Shown: positions 1 through 8,900 of the stretch, in pieces
Layout: each line of letters begins with the position of its first letter
How positions within the stretch are numbered: the stretch's first letter is position 1
Assembly (NCBI GenBank): GCA_032123335.1
Contig: JAQBFN010000042.1
Location: 1-50,152 of the forward strand
Length of the DNA stretch: 50,152 bases
Direction of reading: 5' to 3'
Source: Candidatus Micrarchaeota archaeon
Lineage (GTDB): Archaea > Micrarchaeota > Micrarchaeia > Anstonellales > Bilamarchaeaceae
Translations under genes and position numbers: made by a program
Notes under the pieces: model-generated
Databases searched by the model: none
The model's input: only the letters and a program-made list of their open reading frames with translations
Told to the model about the DNA's origin: nothing

Positions 1-252
1 CTCTAGTTCCGGCACTGCATCTTTTGCTCCTGGGTTTGAGAGCCCGACTGCATTTATCATTCCCTGGTCATAGGTTACGATTACCGGGTTGGGGTGCCCC
101 TTGCGCTCATTTAGGCTAATTGATTTTGTTGTGACTGCGCCGGCTCCTGCTTTTGCGACTGCTGCAAGGGAAGAGCCAGTTACACCGAGAATTCCGGAAG
201 CAAGAACAGTGGGGTTCTTCAGCTTTACCCCTGCCAGTTCGGTAGATAACAT
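1..252 (-). CDS. pyrD: Dihydroorotate dehydrogenase, N-terminal 84 codons (runs off window start; absent from ORF track)
   Basis: Manual translation from ATG at 252: MLSTELAGVKLKNPTVLASGILG...GAGAVTTKSISLNERKGHPNP...GMINAVGLSNPG; matches class 1 DHOD motifs (NP..LASG, GAV.TKS, INAVGL.NPG). Confidence 0.92.
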   Translation of the reverse strand, partial: MLSTELAGVKLKNPTVLASGILGVTGSSLAAVAKAGAGAVTTKSISLNERKGHPNPVIVTYDQGMINAVGLSNPGAKDAVPELE

Positions 253-298
253 CGATAATTAGTGGGGGTGAATAATTTAAAAGAAAAGGGGTTGGGGG

Positions 299-1936
299 CT
301 AATATTCGCCGCCCATTGGCATTCCGCCTGGCCCGCCTGGGGGCATTCCGCCCCTGCCTCCCCTGGACGCGATAATATCGTCGATCCTGAGGATAAGGCG
401 GGTGGTTTCAGTAGCGGAGGAGAGTGCCTGGGTCTTTACCTTTAAGGGTTCAAGAACACCGAGCTCGGCCATGTCGGAGATTTCGCCCTTGAGGACGTTT
501 ACCCCGAAGCCTCCTCCCTGGCCATCTTTGTGCTTGTTCCTGAGGGAAACAAGTGCATCAATGGAATCCATTCCTGCATTCTCTGCAAGTGCTTTGGGAA
601 TGGACTCGAGGGATTCTGCATATGCCTGAATTGCGAGCTGCTCCCTGCCTCCGATTTCAATTGCATATTCGTTGAGGGCTGAAGAGAGTGACATCTCGAT
701 GCTTCCGCCTCCGGTTACGTACTTTCCTACTTCCACTGTGCTTGAAACTGCGCCGAGCGAGTCCTTTATCGCGCGCTCGACTTCGGAAACAACGTGGTCG
801 GTTCCGCCACGCACGAAAATGGTTACGGACTTGGGGTGCTTGCACTCGCGCACAAATACCATTGCTTCACCGGAAACCTTCTTCTCCTCTACAAGGCCTG
901 CGATTCCAAGATCTGTGTCTGCAAGCTCGGAGATGCTTGAGACAACTTGTGCGCCTGTTGCGCGTGCAAGCTTCTCCATGTCGGATTTCTTTACCCTGCG
1001 GACTGCAAGGATGCCTGCCTTTGCAAGGTAGTGCTGGGCAACATCATCAATTCCCTTCTGGCAAAAGAGTGCTGTTGCACCGGATGCCTTTACATTCTCG
1101 ACCATTTCCCTGAGCATCTTTTCCTCCTGCTTGAGGAATGCTTCGAGCTGGTCGGGGGAGGTAATCTCGATTTTTGCATCGGTTTCGGTCTTTTCAACTT
1201 CGAATGCGGCATCTACGAGCGCAACCTTTGCGCCCTTGAGGGACTTGGGCATGCCTGCGTTCACGACTTCCTTGTCCACAAGAACCCCGTTGATGAGCTC
1301 TGTGTCCATTACATCGCCTCCCGCCTTCTTCTCGATTTTGATGAAGTCGGTGTCTACGGAATATACCCCATCTTTCTTTTCTGCAACCTTGGTGATTGAA
1401 TCCACTACGAGTTCGGAAATCTTCTGCTTTTCCTGGTCGCTGCCGATTCCCTTGGAGCCCATGGAAACAAGTGCGATTTTAAGGAGAATATCCTTGTCTT
1501 CGGGAGTTACGTCCTTTCCGAGCTTTGCGAGGAGCTCTTCAGACCTTATTGCCGCAAGCTCGTAGCCCTTTATGATTGTGGTGGGGTGGATGGACTGGTC
1601 CAGGAGGTCGCCTGCCTTCTTGAGGAGGTTTCCTGCAATTACTACGGAAGTGGTTGTGCCATCGCCTACTTCCTTATCCTGGGTCTTTGCGATTTCCACC
1701 ATCAGCTTTGCTGCAGGGTGGTCAACGTTCATTTCCTCGAGGATGGTTGCACCGTCGTTTGTAATTACGATGTCGCCAAGCTCGGAAACAAGCATCTTGT
1801 CCATGCCCTTTGGGCCGAGGGTGGTCTTGATTATGTTTGCAACCGCATATCCAATTGCGATATTGATGCGCATCGCGTCCCTGCCGATGACACGGTTTGT
1901 GCCTTCGGACATTACTTCTCCGCTAACTTTCGTCAT
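299..1936 (-). CDS. ths: Thermosome subunit (group II chaperonin)
   Basis: [26 protein letters not shown] and C-terminal [11 protein letters not shown] tail. Start set at ATG 1936 ([12 protein letters not shown]) to fit the usual N-terminus; the upstream extension in the ORF track crosses AT-rich promoter-like DNA. Confidence 0.97.
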   Translation of the reverse strand: MTKVSGEVMSEGTNRVIGRDAMRINIAIGYAVANIIKTTLGPKGMDKMLVSELGDIVITNDGATILEEMNVDHPAAKLMVEIAKTQDKEVGDGTTTSVVIAGNLLKKAGDLLDQSIHPTTIIKGYELAAIRSEELLAKLGKDVTPEDKDILLKIALVSMGSKGIGSDQEKQKISELVVDSITKVAEKKDGVYSVDTDFIKIEKKAGGDVMDTELINGVLVDKEVVNAGMPKSLKGAKVALVDAAFEVEKTETDAKIEITSPDQLEAFLKQEEKMLREMVENVKASGATALFCQKGIDDVAQHYLAKAGILAVRRVKKSDMEKLARATGAQVVSSISELADTDLGIAGLVEEKKVSGEAMVFVRECKHPKSVTIFVRGGTDHVVSEVERAIKDSLGAVSSTVEVGKYVTGGGSIEMSLSSALNEYAIEIGGREQLAIQAYAESLESIPKALAENAGMDSIDALVSLRNKHKDGQGGGFGVNVLKGEISDMAELGVLEPLKVKTQALSSATETTRLILRIDDIIASRGGRGGMPPGGPGGMPMGGEY

Positions 1937-2044
1937 ATTTTTCACACTCCAATATAGTATTATCAAAATACGTGGTGTGATTAGTGCGGAGTAATCTTTA
2001 TAAACGTATTTTTGGGCGTTTCCGCGGGTTTTTGGCACAGACGG

Positions 2045-2554
2045 CTAATCTATGCGGGAGCGGTCCACGTTCGCGGACTCGAGGAAATAGTGGAGGGTAT
2101 AGGCTGCTGCGAATGCTCCGGTGGCGAGGAAGCTGGATTCCACGAAGCCTAAATGGGAGAGGATTAGGGAGTAGGTAAGGGCTGCGAAGACCATTGCGAG
2201 GAGGCTATGGAATGGGGGCTTGGAGGGGTCGAGGAAATCAAACAGGAATATGAATAGTATGAATAGTCCTACTAGGGCTGGGAGGAGGATGCTGCAATAG
2301 GGAATAGTAATGTAATAGCAGAGGGTGGAGGCCATCGTGAAAACGTAGGCGAAAAGGAGGGCGGCCATTATAATTAGTAAATATTTGAGGTATTTCCAGA
2401 CTGGGAAGAATAGGCGGTCGAGGTCCGGGAGGACTGAGCCGATCAGGATGCTTACTGCGCAAATGAGGATTGTGGAGGAGGGGGCACCCTGGAAGGCGAG
2501 GCCTAAGGAAAAGAGGACAATGAAGGCCACTGTAACTACTACCTTGGTGCTCAT
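2045..2554 (-). CDS. Multi-pass membrane protein, YdjM-like metal-dependent hydrolase family (tentative)
   Basis: About 5 hydrophobic helices with GSVLPDLD and PFHSL motifs resembling the LPDxD and THS motifs of that family. Start set at ATG 2554. Confidence 0.55.
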   Translation of the reverse strand: MSTKVVVTVAFIVLFSLGLAFQGAPSSTILICAVSILIGSVLPDLDRLFFPVWKYLKYLLIIMAALLFAYVFTMASTLCYYITIPYCSILLPALVGLFILFIFLFDFLDPSKPPFHSLLAMVFAALTYSLILSHLGFVESSFLATGAFAAAYTLHYFLESANVDRSRID

Positions 2555-2677
2555 GATAGGAAGGAAATAGAAAAGAGAAAATAAAAAGGATTGCCCGGAG
2601 CAAACCAAGAAGGTGGCGTAACGCGGGCTATGTTTTTATGAAATTTTTACCGCAGCTTAATGCAGCAGCAAAAAATT

Positions 2678-4066
2678 TCACATGTTGAAGTATTTCTCGA
2701 ACTCGTATGAGGTCGGGCGTGCGCTCTGCTCCTTGTGCTCCTCAATCTTGTCCTCAAGGTAGCTTTCAAGTATATCCGAAGAAAGGATTCCCTTCAGGAA
2801 CTTGTTGTCGGATTCAAGGGCAGTGATTGATTCGAGTATGTTACTCGGGAGCATCTTTGCACCTGCTTTCTTGAGTTCATCGTCGTCCATGTCAGCCATG
2901 TTGGAATCGATTGCCTTGCCCGGGTCCTTTTTGTTCTTGATGCCATCAAGGCCTGCGGCCACGACTACACCTGCTGCAAGGTGAGGGTTGGCTGAGGGGT
3001 CTGCAAGGCTGAAAATTAGTTTCTTGCCCTTGCGGTCGTTCCTCATTTCGTTTTCAACGCGCACTGCGGCAGAGGAGTTCCTTGTGCCCCAGGCTGCATA
3101 CTTCGGATCTGCTGCGAGCCTCTTGTATGAGTTTGTGTTGGGGTTGGTGAAAATCATCAACGCGGCTGCGTGGTCGAGAAGGCCTCCAATGAAGTAGCGG
3201 CCGGTCTGGCTTAATTGCGCATACTTGTCCGTGGAATCGTAGAATACGTTCTCGTCCTTTTTCCAGAGAGTAAAACCGGAAAGGAGCTGGTTTCCCTTCT
3301 CCCCAAGAATCGGGAGGGCCATGAACGTGGCCATGGAATTTGCAATGAATGCAAGGTTCCGGATTGTGAACTTGGTTGTCTGGATTGCATCGGCTGCATC
3401 TGCAAGCGAAAGCGGGGCGACTGCAATGGTCTGCTGGCCGCTTGTTGACCTTCCATGGTAGTGCTTGGTTATGATGTAGCGGAAGTTGTCCTCAATCACT
3501 TCGGAAACCTGGGTTCTTGCGCTGTAAAGCGTATCGAAAGGCTGCGCATAGTAGGCGCCCTTGGTGCTGTTCCAGAGTGGGGATGGGGACCAGGGGGCTT
3601 CCCTTGATTCAATCAGGCAATTGGGACCTCTTTGGGGGGTCATTTTGTCAACGGTTACGTTGTCCAGGATGTAGAAATCCAATTCTGAGGATGAAGTGAG
3701 GTCTGTGAAACCCATGGCCTTGGAATTTACAAGGGCACGTTCGGGAACGTAGCGGGGGTCCTTGAGGTACCTTTCCCCACCGGGGCTCACAACAACGTTG
3801 CAAATGATTCTCATTGTGCTGGGTTCCCAGGGAATCCTGCCGAATGTGTTTGCATCGGGCATCAGCACGAGCTCTCCTTCTTCAGCCCAGCCGAAAACTT
3901 CCTTGAGGTCTCCGCAGTAAATTCCTTTTGTGAATGAAGCGGTGTTGATTTCCCTCGCGTTTATGCTTGTTCTGTTCATCCTTCCTTCAACATCAAAAAA
4001 CTGGAGGTCAACCCACCTTATGTTGTTGGATGAGATATACTCAAAAACATCTTCTGGAGCAGCCAT
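2678..4066 (-). CDS. glnA: Glutamine synthetase type I homolog with degenerate active site
   Basis: Full-length GSI features (WVDLQFFD, LVLMPD, IPWE, ATFM, NSYKRL, ADPSANP) but most metal and catalytic ligands are substituted (see findings). Confidence 0.85.
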   Translation of the reverse strand: MAAPEDVFEYISSNNIRWVDLQFFDVEGRMNRTSINAREINTASFTKGIYCGDLKEVFGWAEEGELVLMPDANTFGRIPWEPSTMRIICNVVVSPGGERYLKDPRYVPERALVNSKAMGFTDLTSSSELDFYILDNVTVDKMTPQRGPNCLIESREAPWSPSPLWNSTKGAYYAQPFDTLYSARTQVSEVIEDNFRYIITKHYHGRSTSGQQTIAVAPLSLADAADAIQTTKFTIRNLAFIANSMATFMALPILGEKGNQLLSGFTLWKKDENVFYDSTDKYAQLSQTGRYFIGGLLDHAAALMIFTNPNTNSYKRLAADPKYAAWGTRNSSAAVRVENEMRNDRKGKKLIFSLADPSANPHLAAGVVVAAGLDGIKNKKDPGKAIDSNMADMDDDELKKAGAKMLPSNILESITALESDNKFLKGILSSDILESYLEDKIEEHKEQSARPTSYEFEKYFNM

Positions 4067-4163
4067 ATTGATTCACCGAGGTTATTAACAAGAATAGATA
4101 AATAAAGATTACTATTCTGGGGGCTGCTCAGATTTTTAACAAGTTGCCCCCAAATTAGGGGTT

Positions 4164-5033
4164 ATGAATTCGGATCTTAAGCTCAGTGGCGGGTTAGCGC
4201 AAATGCTGAAAGGGGGAGTAATCATGGATGTTGTTACTCCGGAGCATGCAACGCTTGCGGAGAAGGCTGGCGCGGTTGCGGTGATGGCGCTGGAAAGGGT
4301 GCCTGCGGATATCCGGGCGCATGGAGGCGTTGCGCGCATGTCTGACCCTAAGATGATTAAGGGGATTATGAGGGCTGTGAGCATACCTGTAATGGCGAAA
4401 GTGAGGATTGGGCACTTTGCTGAAGCGCAGGTGCTGCAGGCGCTTGGGGTGGATTATATCGATGAAAGTGAGGTGCTTACTCCTGCGGATTCGGAATTTC
4501 ACGTGGATAAAACGAAATTTGAGGTGCCGTTTGTATGCGGGGCGAGGAACCTTGGGGAAGCATTGAGGAGGATAGATGAGGGGGCTGCGATGATTCGGAC
4601 TAAGGGGGAAGCGGGGACCGGGAACATTGTGGAAGCGGTGAAGCATATACGTACTATTTCCAGGGAGCTTGGGGTGCTCAGGAACGAGAGGCCTGCGGAT
4701 GCTGCAGAAAGGATGCGGGTATCTGAGGCGCTTGTGCTGAAAACCATTGAGCAGGGGCGTGTTCCTGTTGTTAATTTTGCTGCGGGGGGAATTGCGACTC
4801 CTGCAGATGCATCGCTTTGCATGCAGCTTGGGTGCGATGGGGTGTTTGTGGGGTCAGGGATATTCAAATCATCTAATCCTGAAAAGATGGCCTGTGCGAT
4901 TGTGGATGCTGTTGCGCACTTTAATGATGCGAAAAGGATTGCGGAAGTTTCTGAGGGGCTTGGGGAAGCGATGAGGGGGCTGGAGATTTCTGAAATTCCT
5001 GAAGACCAGAGGCTTTCTGAGCGGGGAGTGTAA
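4164..5033 (+). CDS. pdxS: Pyridoxal 5'-phosphate synthase lyase subunit
   Basis: [69 protein letters not shown]. Confidence 0.98.
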   Translation: MNSDLKLSGGLAQMLKGGVIMDVVTPEHATLAEKAGAVAVMALERVPADIRAHGGVARMSDPKMIKGIMRAVSIPVMAKVRIGHFAEAQVLQALGVDYIDESEVLTPADSEFHVDKTKFEVPFVCGARNLGEALRRIDEGAAMIRTKGEAGTGNIVEAVKHIRTISRELGVLRNERPADAAERMRVSEALVLKTIEQGRVPVVNFAAGGIATPADASLCMQLGCDGVFVGSGIFKSSNPEKMACAIVDAVAHFNDAKRIAEVSEGLGEAMRGLEISEIPEDQRLSERGV

Positions 5034-5602
5034 TGAAGATTGGGGTTCTTGCGCTTCAGGGTGCGGTTTCTGAGCATGTTGGATATTTGGAGAGGACGAT
5101 GGGGAAGCTTGGAATTGGTGGGGAAGTTGTTGAAGTAAGAAGTAATCTTGAGCTTGAGGGATTGGATGGGCTGGTGATGCCCGGGGGGGAGAGCACTACG
5201 CTTTCGCTGCTTATGGAAAGGGAAGGGATGTTTGAAACACTGGGGGAGATTCCTAAAATATTCGGGACTTGTGCTGGGGCGATACTGCTTTCTAAGAATA
5301 TTCTTGAGCCAGTGAATGGGCAGAAATCGCTTGGGTTGGTTGATATTGGGATTTCCAGGAATGGGTATGGGCGGCAGTTGGAATCGTTTGAAGCCCCTCT
5401 TGAAACAACGCTTGGGAATTTGGAGGGGGTGTTCATCCGGGCTCCGGTGATTGAAAAGGTTGGGGAGGGGGTGGAGGTGCTTGCAACGCACAAAGGGAAG
5501 GCAGTTGCGGTGCAGCAGGGGAAGTATGTTGCGACAACATTCCATCCTGAATTGTCCGGTTCAACGCTGTTCCATGAGCACTTTCTGAAAATTGATAGGT
5601 AA
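5033..5602 (+). CDS. pdxT: Pyridoxal 5'-phosphate synthase glutaminase subunit
   Basis: IGVLALQG, PGGESTT, GTCAG, RNGYGRQLESFE, FIRAP, FHPEL; start overlaps the pdxS stop. Confidence 0.98.
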   Translation: MKIGVLALQGAVSEHVGYLERTMGKLGIGGEVVEVRSNLELEGLDGLVMPGGESTTLSLLMEREGMFETLGEIPKIFGTCAGAILLSKNILEPVNGQKSLGLVDIGISRNGYGRQLESFEAPLETTLGNLEGVFIRAPVIEKVGEGVEVLATHKGKAVAVQQGKYVATTFHPELSGSTLFHEHFLKIDR

Positions 5603-5633
5603 ATAAAGATTTCTGTGCAGAAGAATAGGTTAC

Positions 5634-5705
5634 GCCTTAGTAGCTCAGGGGGAGAGCACTCGGCTGAAGACCGAGGTGTCGGTGGTTCAAATCCGCCCTA
5701 AGGCA
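5634..5705 (+). tRNA. tRNA-Phe (GAA), no intron, CCA not encoded
   Basis: Acceptor stem GCCTTAG/CTAAGGC, D arm GCTC..GAGC, anticodon arm CTCGG-CTGAAGA-CCGAG, T loop GGTTCAAATCC. Confidence 0.96.
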
Positions 5706-5739
5706 CATATTTTTATACTTAGAACGAGTGAAATTAACA

Positions 5740-5823
5740 CTCCAAATGATGAGATGTACAACCGCTGAGCCTTCACCCTTTTGTGGTGCTGTGCGAGGAT
5801 GATGCCAACAGCGTCTGATGGAG
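5740..5823 (+). ncRNA. Box C/D methylation-guide sRNA
   Basis: Terminal stem CTCCA (5740-5744)/TGGAG (5819-5823); box C ATGATGA 5746-5752; 12-nt guide; D' CTGA 5765-5768; C' ATGATGC 5799-5805; 9-10 nt guide; box D CTGA 5815-5818; TTTATA box about 25 nt upstream. Confidence 0.8.
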
Positions 5824-5938
5824 CAACATTTCTGCTGAGTAAGACAACAAGACCGGAGTAATACGGTGTTTTTTGGTTCCGCTTTTTGCTTAGATTAACG
5901 CTCGTGTAAAAAGCGACCAACAGCGTCTGATGGAGCAA
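5805..5938 (+). repeat. 22-bp exact direct repeat CCAACAGCGTCTGATGGAGCAA (5805-5826 and 5917-5938)
   Basis: Read directly; the unit equals the 3' end of the C/D sRNA. Confidence 0.95.
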
Positions 5939-5992
5939 TACTTCTAGTGGATAAGAATAAAGGGGGGTGTTCTTCAGCTTTGTGAAGAAACA

Positions 5993-8900
5993 CTATTTCT
6001 TAGGCGGGATTGTAGAGGGGCCTCGTTCGGGCCTCTTGGGCTGGATTGACTTTCCCTCCCTTGCGGGCGGGGGTATCCTTAGCCTTTCCAGAACCCTTGC
6101 AGCTGCGAGTATTTGTTCAGAAGAAATTTCTTCAGTATGCATTGGGCCAAGCTCTTCCCTCATTTTCTTGAGTTTGCGTGCGGTTGAATTTGCTTCGCGG
6201 ATTCCTGCACGAACCTCTTCGAGCATTTCTAATCCTTTGCTTACTGTTTCTTCGTCCCACCATTCTGTTGACGCACCAAGTGCACAAACTATCGGGTGTT
6301 GTGGATCTGCAAGGGAATGAATAGTTTTTTCATCCACCAGGCCCCTTTCCCTAAGTTCAGCAAGAAGCACAAAGCTCTTCATTGAATTTTCTTTTTCTGA
6401 GTCAGGTTTGAGCCAGGTTCCTTCCAATGCTTCAACCATCCTCCTGAGACCGTGCTCAACAAGTATGTTTCGCACCTCTTTACTGGGGGTTTTGTCAAGA
6501 CGGCCATAGGTGCCAAGCATAAGGACATCAAGCAAGATTTGGGCTTCTGCCACCTGGTTTTGGGGCAGCCTGTCCGGGAGCTTCCTTGCTGCATCATAAT
6601 CGATATCAGGATCTGCCCTGGAAGCCCAGAGAAGCTCTGAAATTGATTTAAGGCCATGGTCAAAGAAGCCTTCCATGTCCCCGAATGTTCCCATGAATTC
6701 CAGGAAAAGGTCTGCTGATTCGGTAGAGCCCCGGCCATGCAGGAATTCGGTTATTACTGCCTCCTTGAGGAACCTGTATGGGATTGGGTCAGCGCCCGGT
6801 TCTTCAACTGGAGAGACTATCTCTGCCATTTTGTTCAGCTGGCCCCCAAAGAGGATTTGCTGGTAGGGCTTTTCAAGCGGAAGGGTCAGGCTTTCGGGCT
6901 CGGCTCCTTTAAGTTCATGGGCAGCCTGCATAGCATAGTGGACGTTTCCGGATAAAAGGAAGATGTCTATTGCCGAAAGTAGGAGGTCTGGATCTTTGCT
7001 GCTTAGCGCAGCATTGAACATACGTTCTGCTGATGGGCCTTCTGCGATCTCCAGGATTGTGTTGCGGATTTCCTCCTGGTCAAAGCGAGTGTATGCCTCC
7101 AGTAAAAGATACATGTCTTCTTCTGTAGGCTCTTCCATCCTGTCAGACGTTGTTCCAGAAAGAGTTTTGCAGAAATAGCTGAGTGCGTTATCAATTGTTG
7201 CCACCTCATCTTCAGCTGCGTTATCCCTGAACTTAAAGAACTGGTGGAGTGACTTGGGGTGCTGGAAGAACCTTAGTGTTGAGAGTACGGTATTCCTATC
7301 TGTAAGGAGTATTGTGTCTTCTTTTTCCAAATGGGCTGAAAGCTCATCCAGTTTTTCCGGGTGGTTCTGGAGTATTGCATCTGCAACCCTCTGCCTCACG
7401 ATTTCTGAAGTATGGTCATGTGCAAGGAAGACAATCAATCGCTCCGGGGTCATAAGTGAAGCTGCAACTTCTGCTGCACGGACTGCAACTTCCTTGGTTT
7501 CATCCTCAACAAGGCCAATAATCCTGTCTAAATATGTTTCCTGCATGGGGAGGAGATTAAGGGCGGCAAGTTTCACTTTATTGTTTTCTGAAGATAATGC
7601 GGTCAGGAGAGCATCGGTTTTTTCAGAAGAGTTTGGTGCTGCCTCAAGCGCATCGTATACATTGGACCTTACTGCCCTGGAGTGGTCTCCAGTGAGGGGC
7701 ACCAACAAGCCATACCTTCCGGTTTCCAAGAGAAGCCGGAGGGACTTATCTGAAATTCTTTTCATTCCCTCAATAGTGATGTTATCCGGATGATTCTCCC
7801 TTTTTGTTGCATCCAAAAGAATACTGGTTCCGTCCTCTCCAATATTAAGGAGGAAATCTGCAGCCATCTGGGAAACTGCCTCATCCATGCCAAGGCAGGG
7901 AACGAGCACGCGCTCTGCGTGTTCCTTTTCCCCTGAAGTGTACGCTGCATTCATTAGTTGGGTCAGGGAAATGAAGTTATTCTGGCGCTCAAACTCTTCA
8001 ACTGCGGCTGAAACTGCTTTGCAGTCAACCTCTTTACTGCGCATCTGCCTTGCAATCTCATACATGGAAAGGGTTGATGCTGTAGGGTCTTTTCCAAGAG
8101 AGGAAAACAGGTGTTCTGTCTCGATGTTTATAAGGAACTCCCCTGGATTTGCGAGAAGCGCTTCTCTTGCAAGTTCCCTGAGCTTGGGGTCCTTGTCATC
8201 AATAAATATGTTTGAAAGGCCTTCAATATTCTCCACTGCAGGGATTACTTCAACCTCGGAAAGGAAAAGCTGCAGCCTTTCCTTTGCTAAATCTGAAAGG
8301 GCTTCGTTTGGATGGTTCCTCATTCCATAAAGGATTGTGAATTCCTTTTCAGGGGGAATTGCAGAAAGGTCCATGTCAATAAGTGCCCTTTCTGCGGCAA
8401 TGGCAACTGCGGTGTTTTTGCTGTGGGATGCTTCAAGAATAAATTCTGCGTTCGTGTGGGTGAGCTCCCTTCTATGGAGGGCAGTTATTGCTGCTGCCTG
8501 CTTTTCAGGTTCCAGTTTAGGGAATGTATCCATGATCATGGTGTCGGTTTCCAATGCTTTTGATTGCTGAAGCACTACTGCCCATGCTGTGGTGTGTTCC
8601 TCCTCTTCTGAATCATGCAATCTTTGCAGTGCAAATTCAGCTGCAGCAGGAGAATCCATGTTCGAAATTGCTGCAGCGATTGAGATTTCCCTTTGTGATT
8701 CATCTCCGCGGCCAAGGTAGTGGAGGAATTCTTCTGCAATGCTTGCCTCCTCCTTGGTGTAGTATTCTTCAGAAGTGGATGGGAAAATGTTGCCAGGCAT
8801 TTGGCTTCTGTATGAATTGAGTGTATCAAGAAGGACTGAATCAATTCCTTCCGGGTTTGCCTCCCTTGAATGTTTCAGGTAATACATTAAGCTTTCCTGG

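Noticed and set aside
1937-2038. N-terminal extension of the thermosome in the ORF track
   Set aside because: It crosses AT-rich promoter-like sequence and does not resemble chaperonin N-termini.
4499-5545. 348-aa antisense ORF over pdxS/pdxT, and similar shadows such as 20166..20948
   Set aside because: They fully overlap well-supported genes, have no motifs and arise from strong strand bias.
5805-5938. 22-bp direct repeat as a mini CRISPR array
   Set aside because: Only two units, a 90-nt spacer, and the unit is explained as the 3' end of a C/D sRNA.
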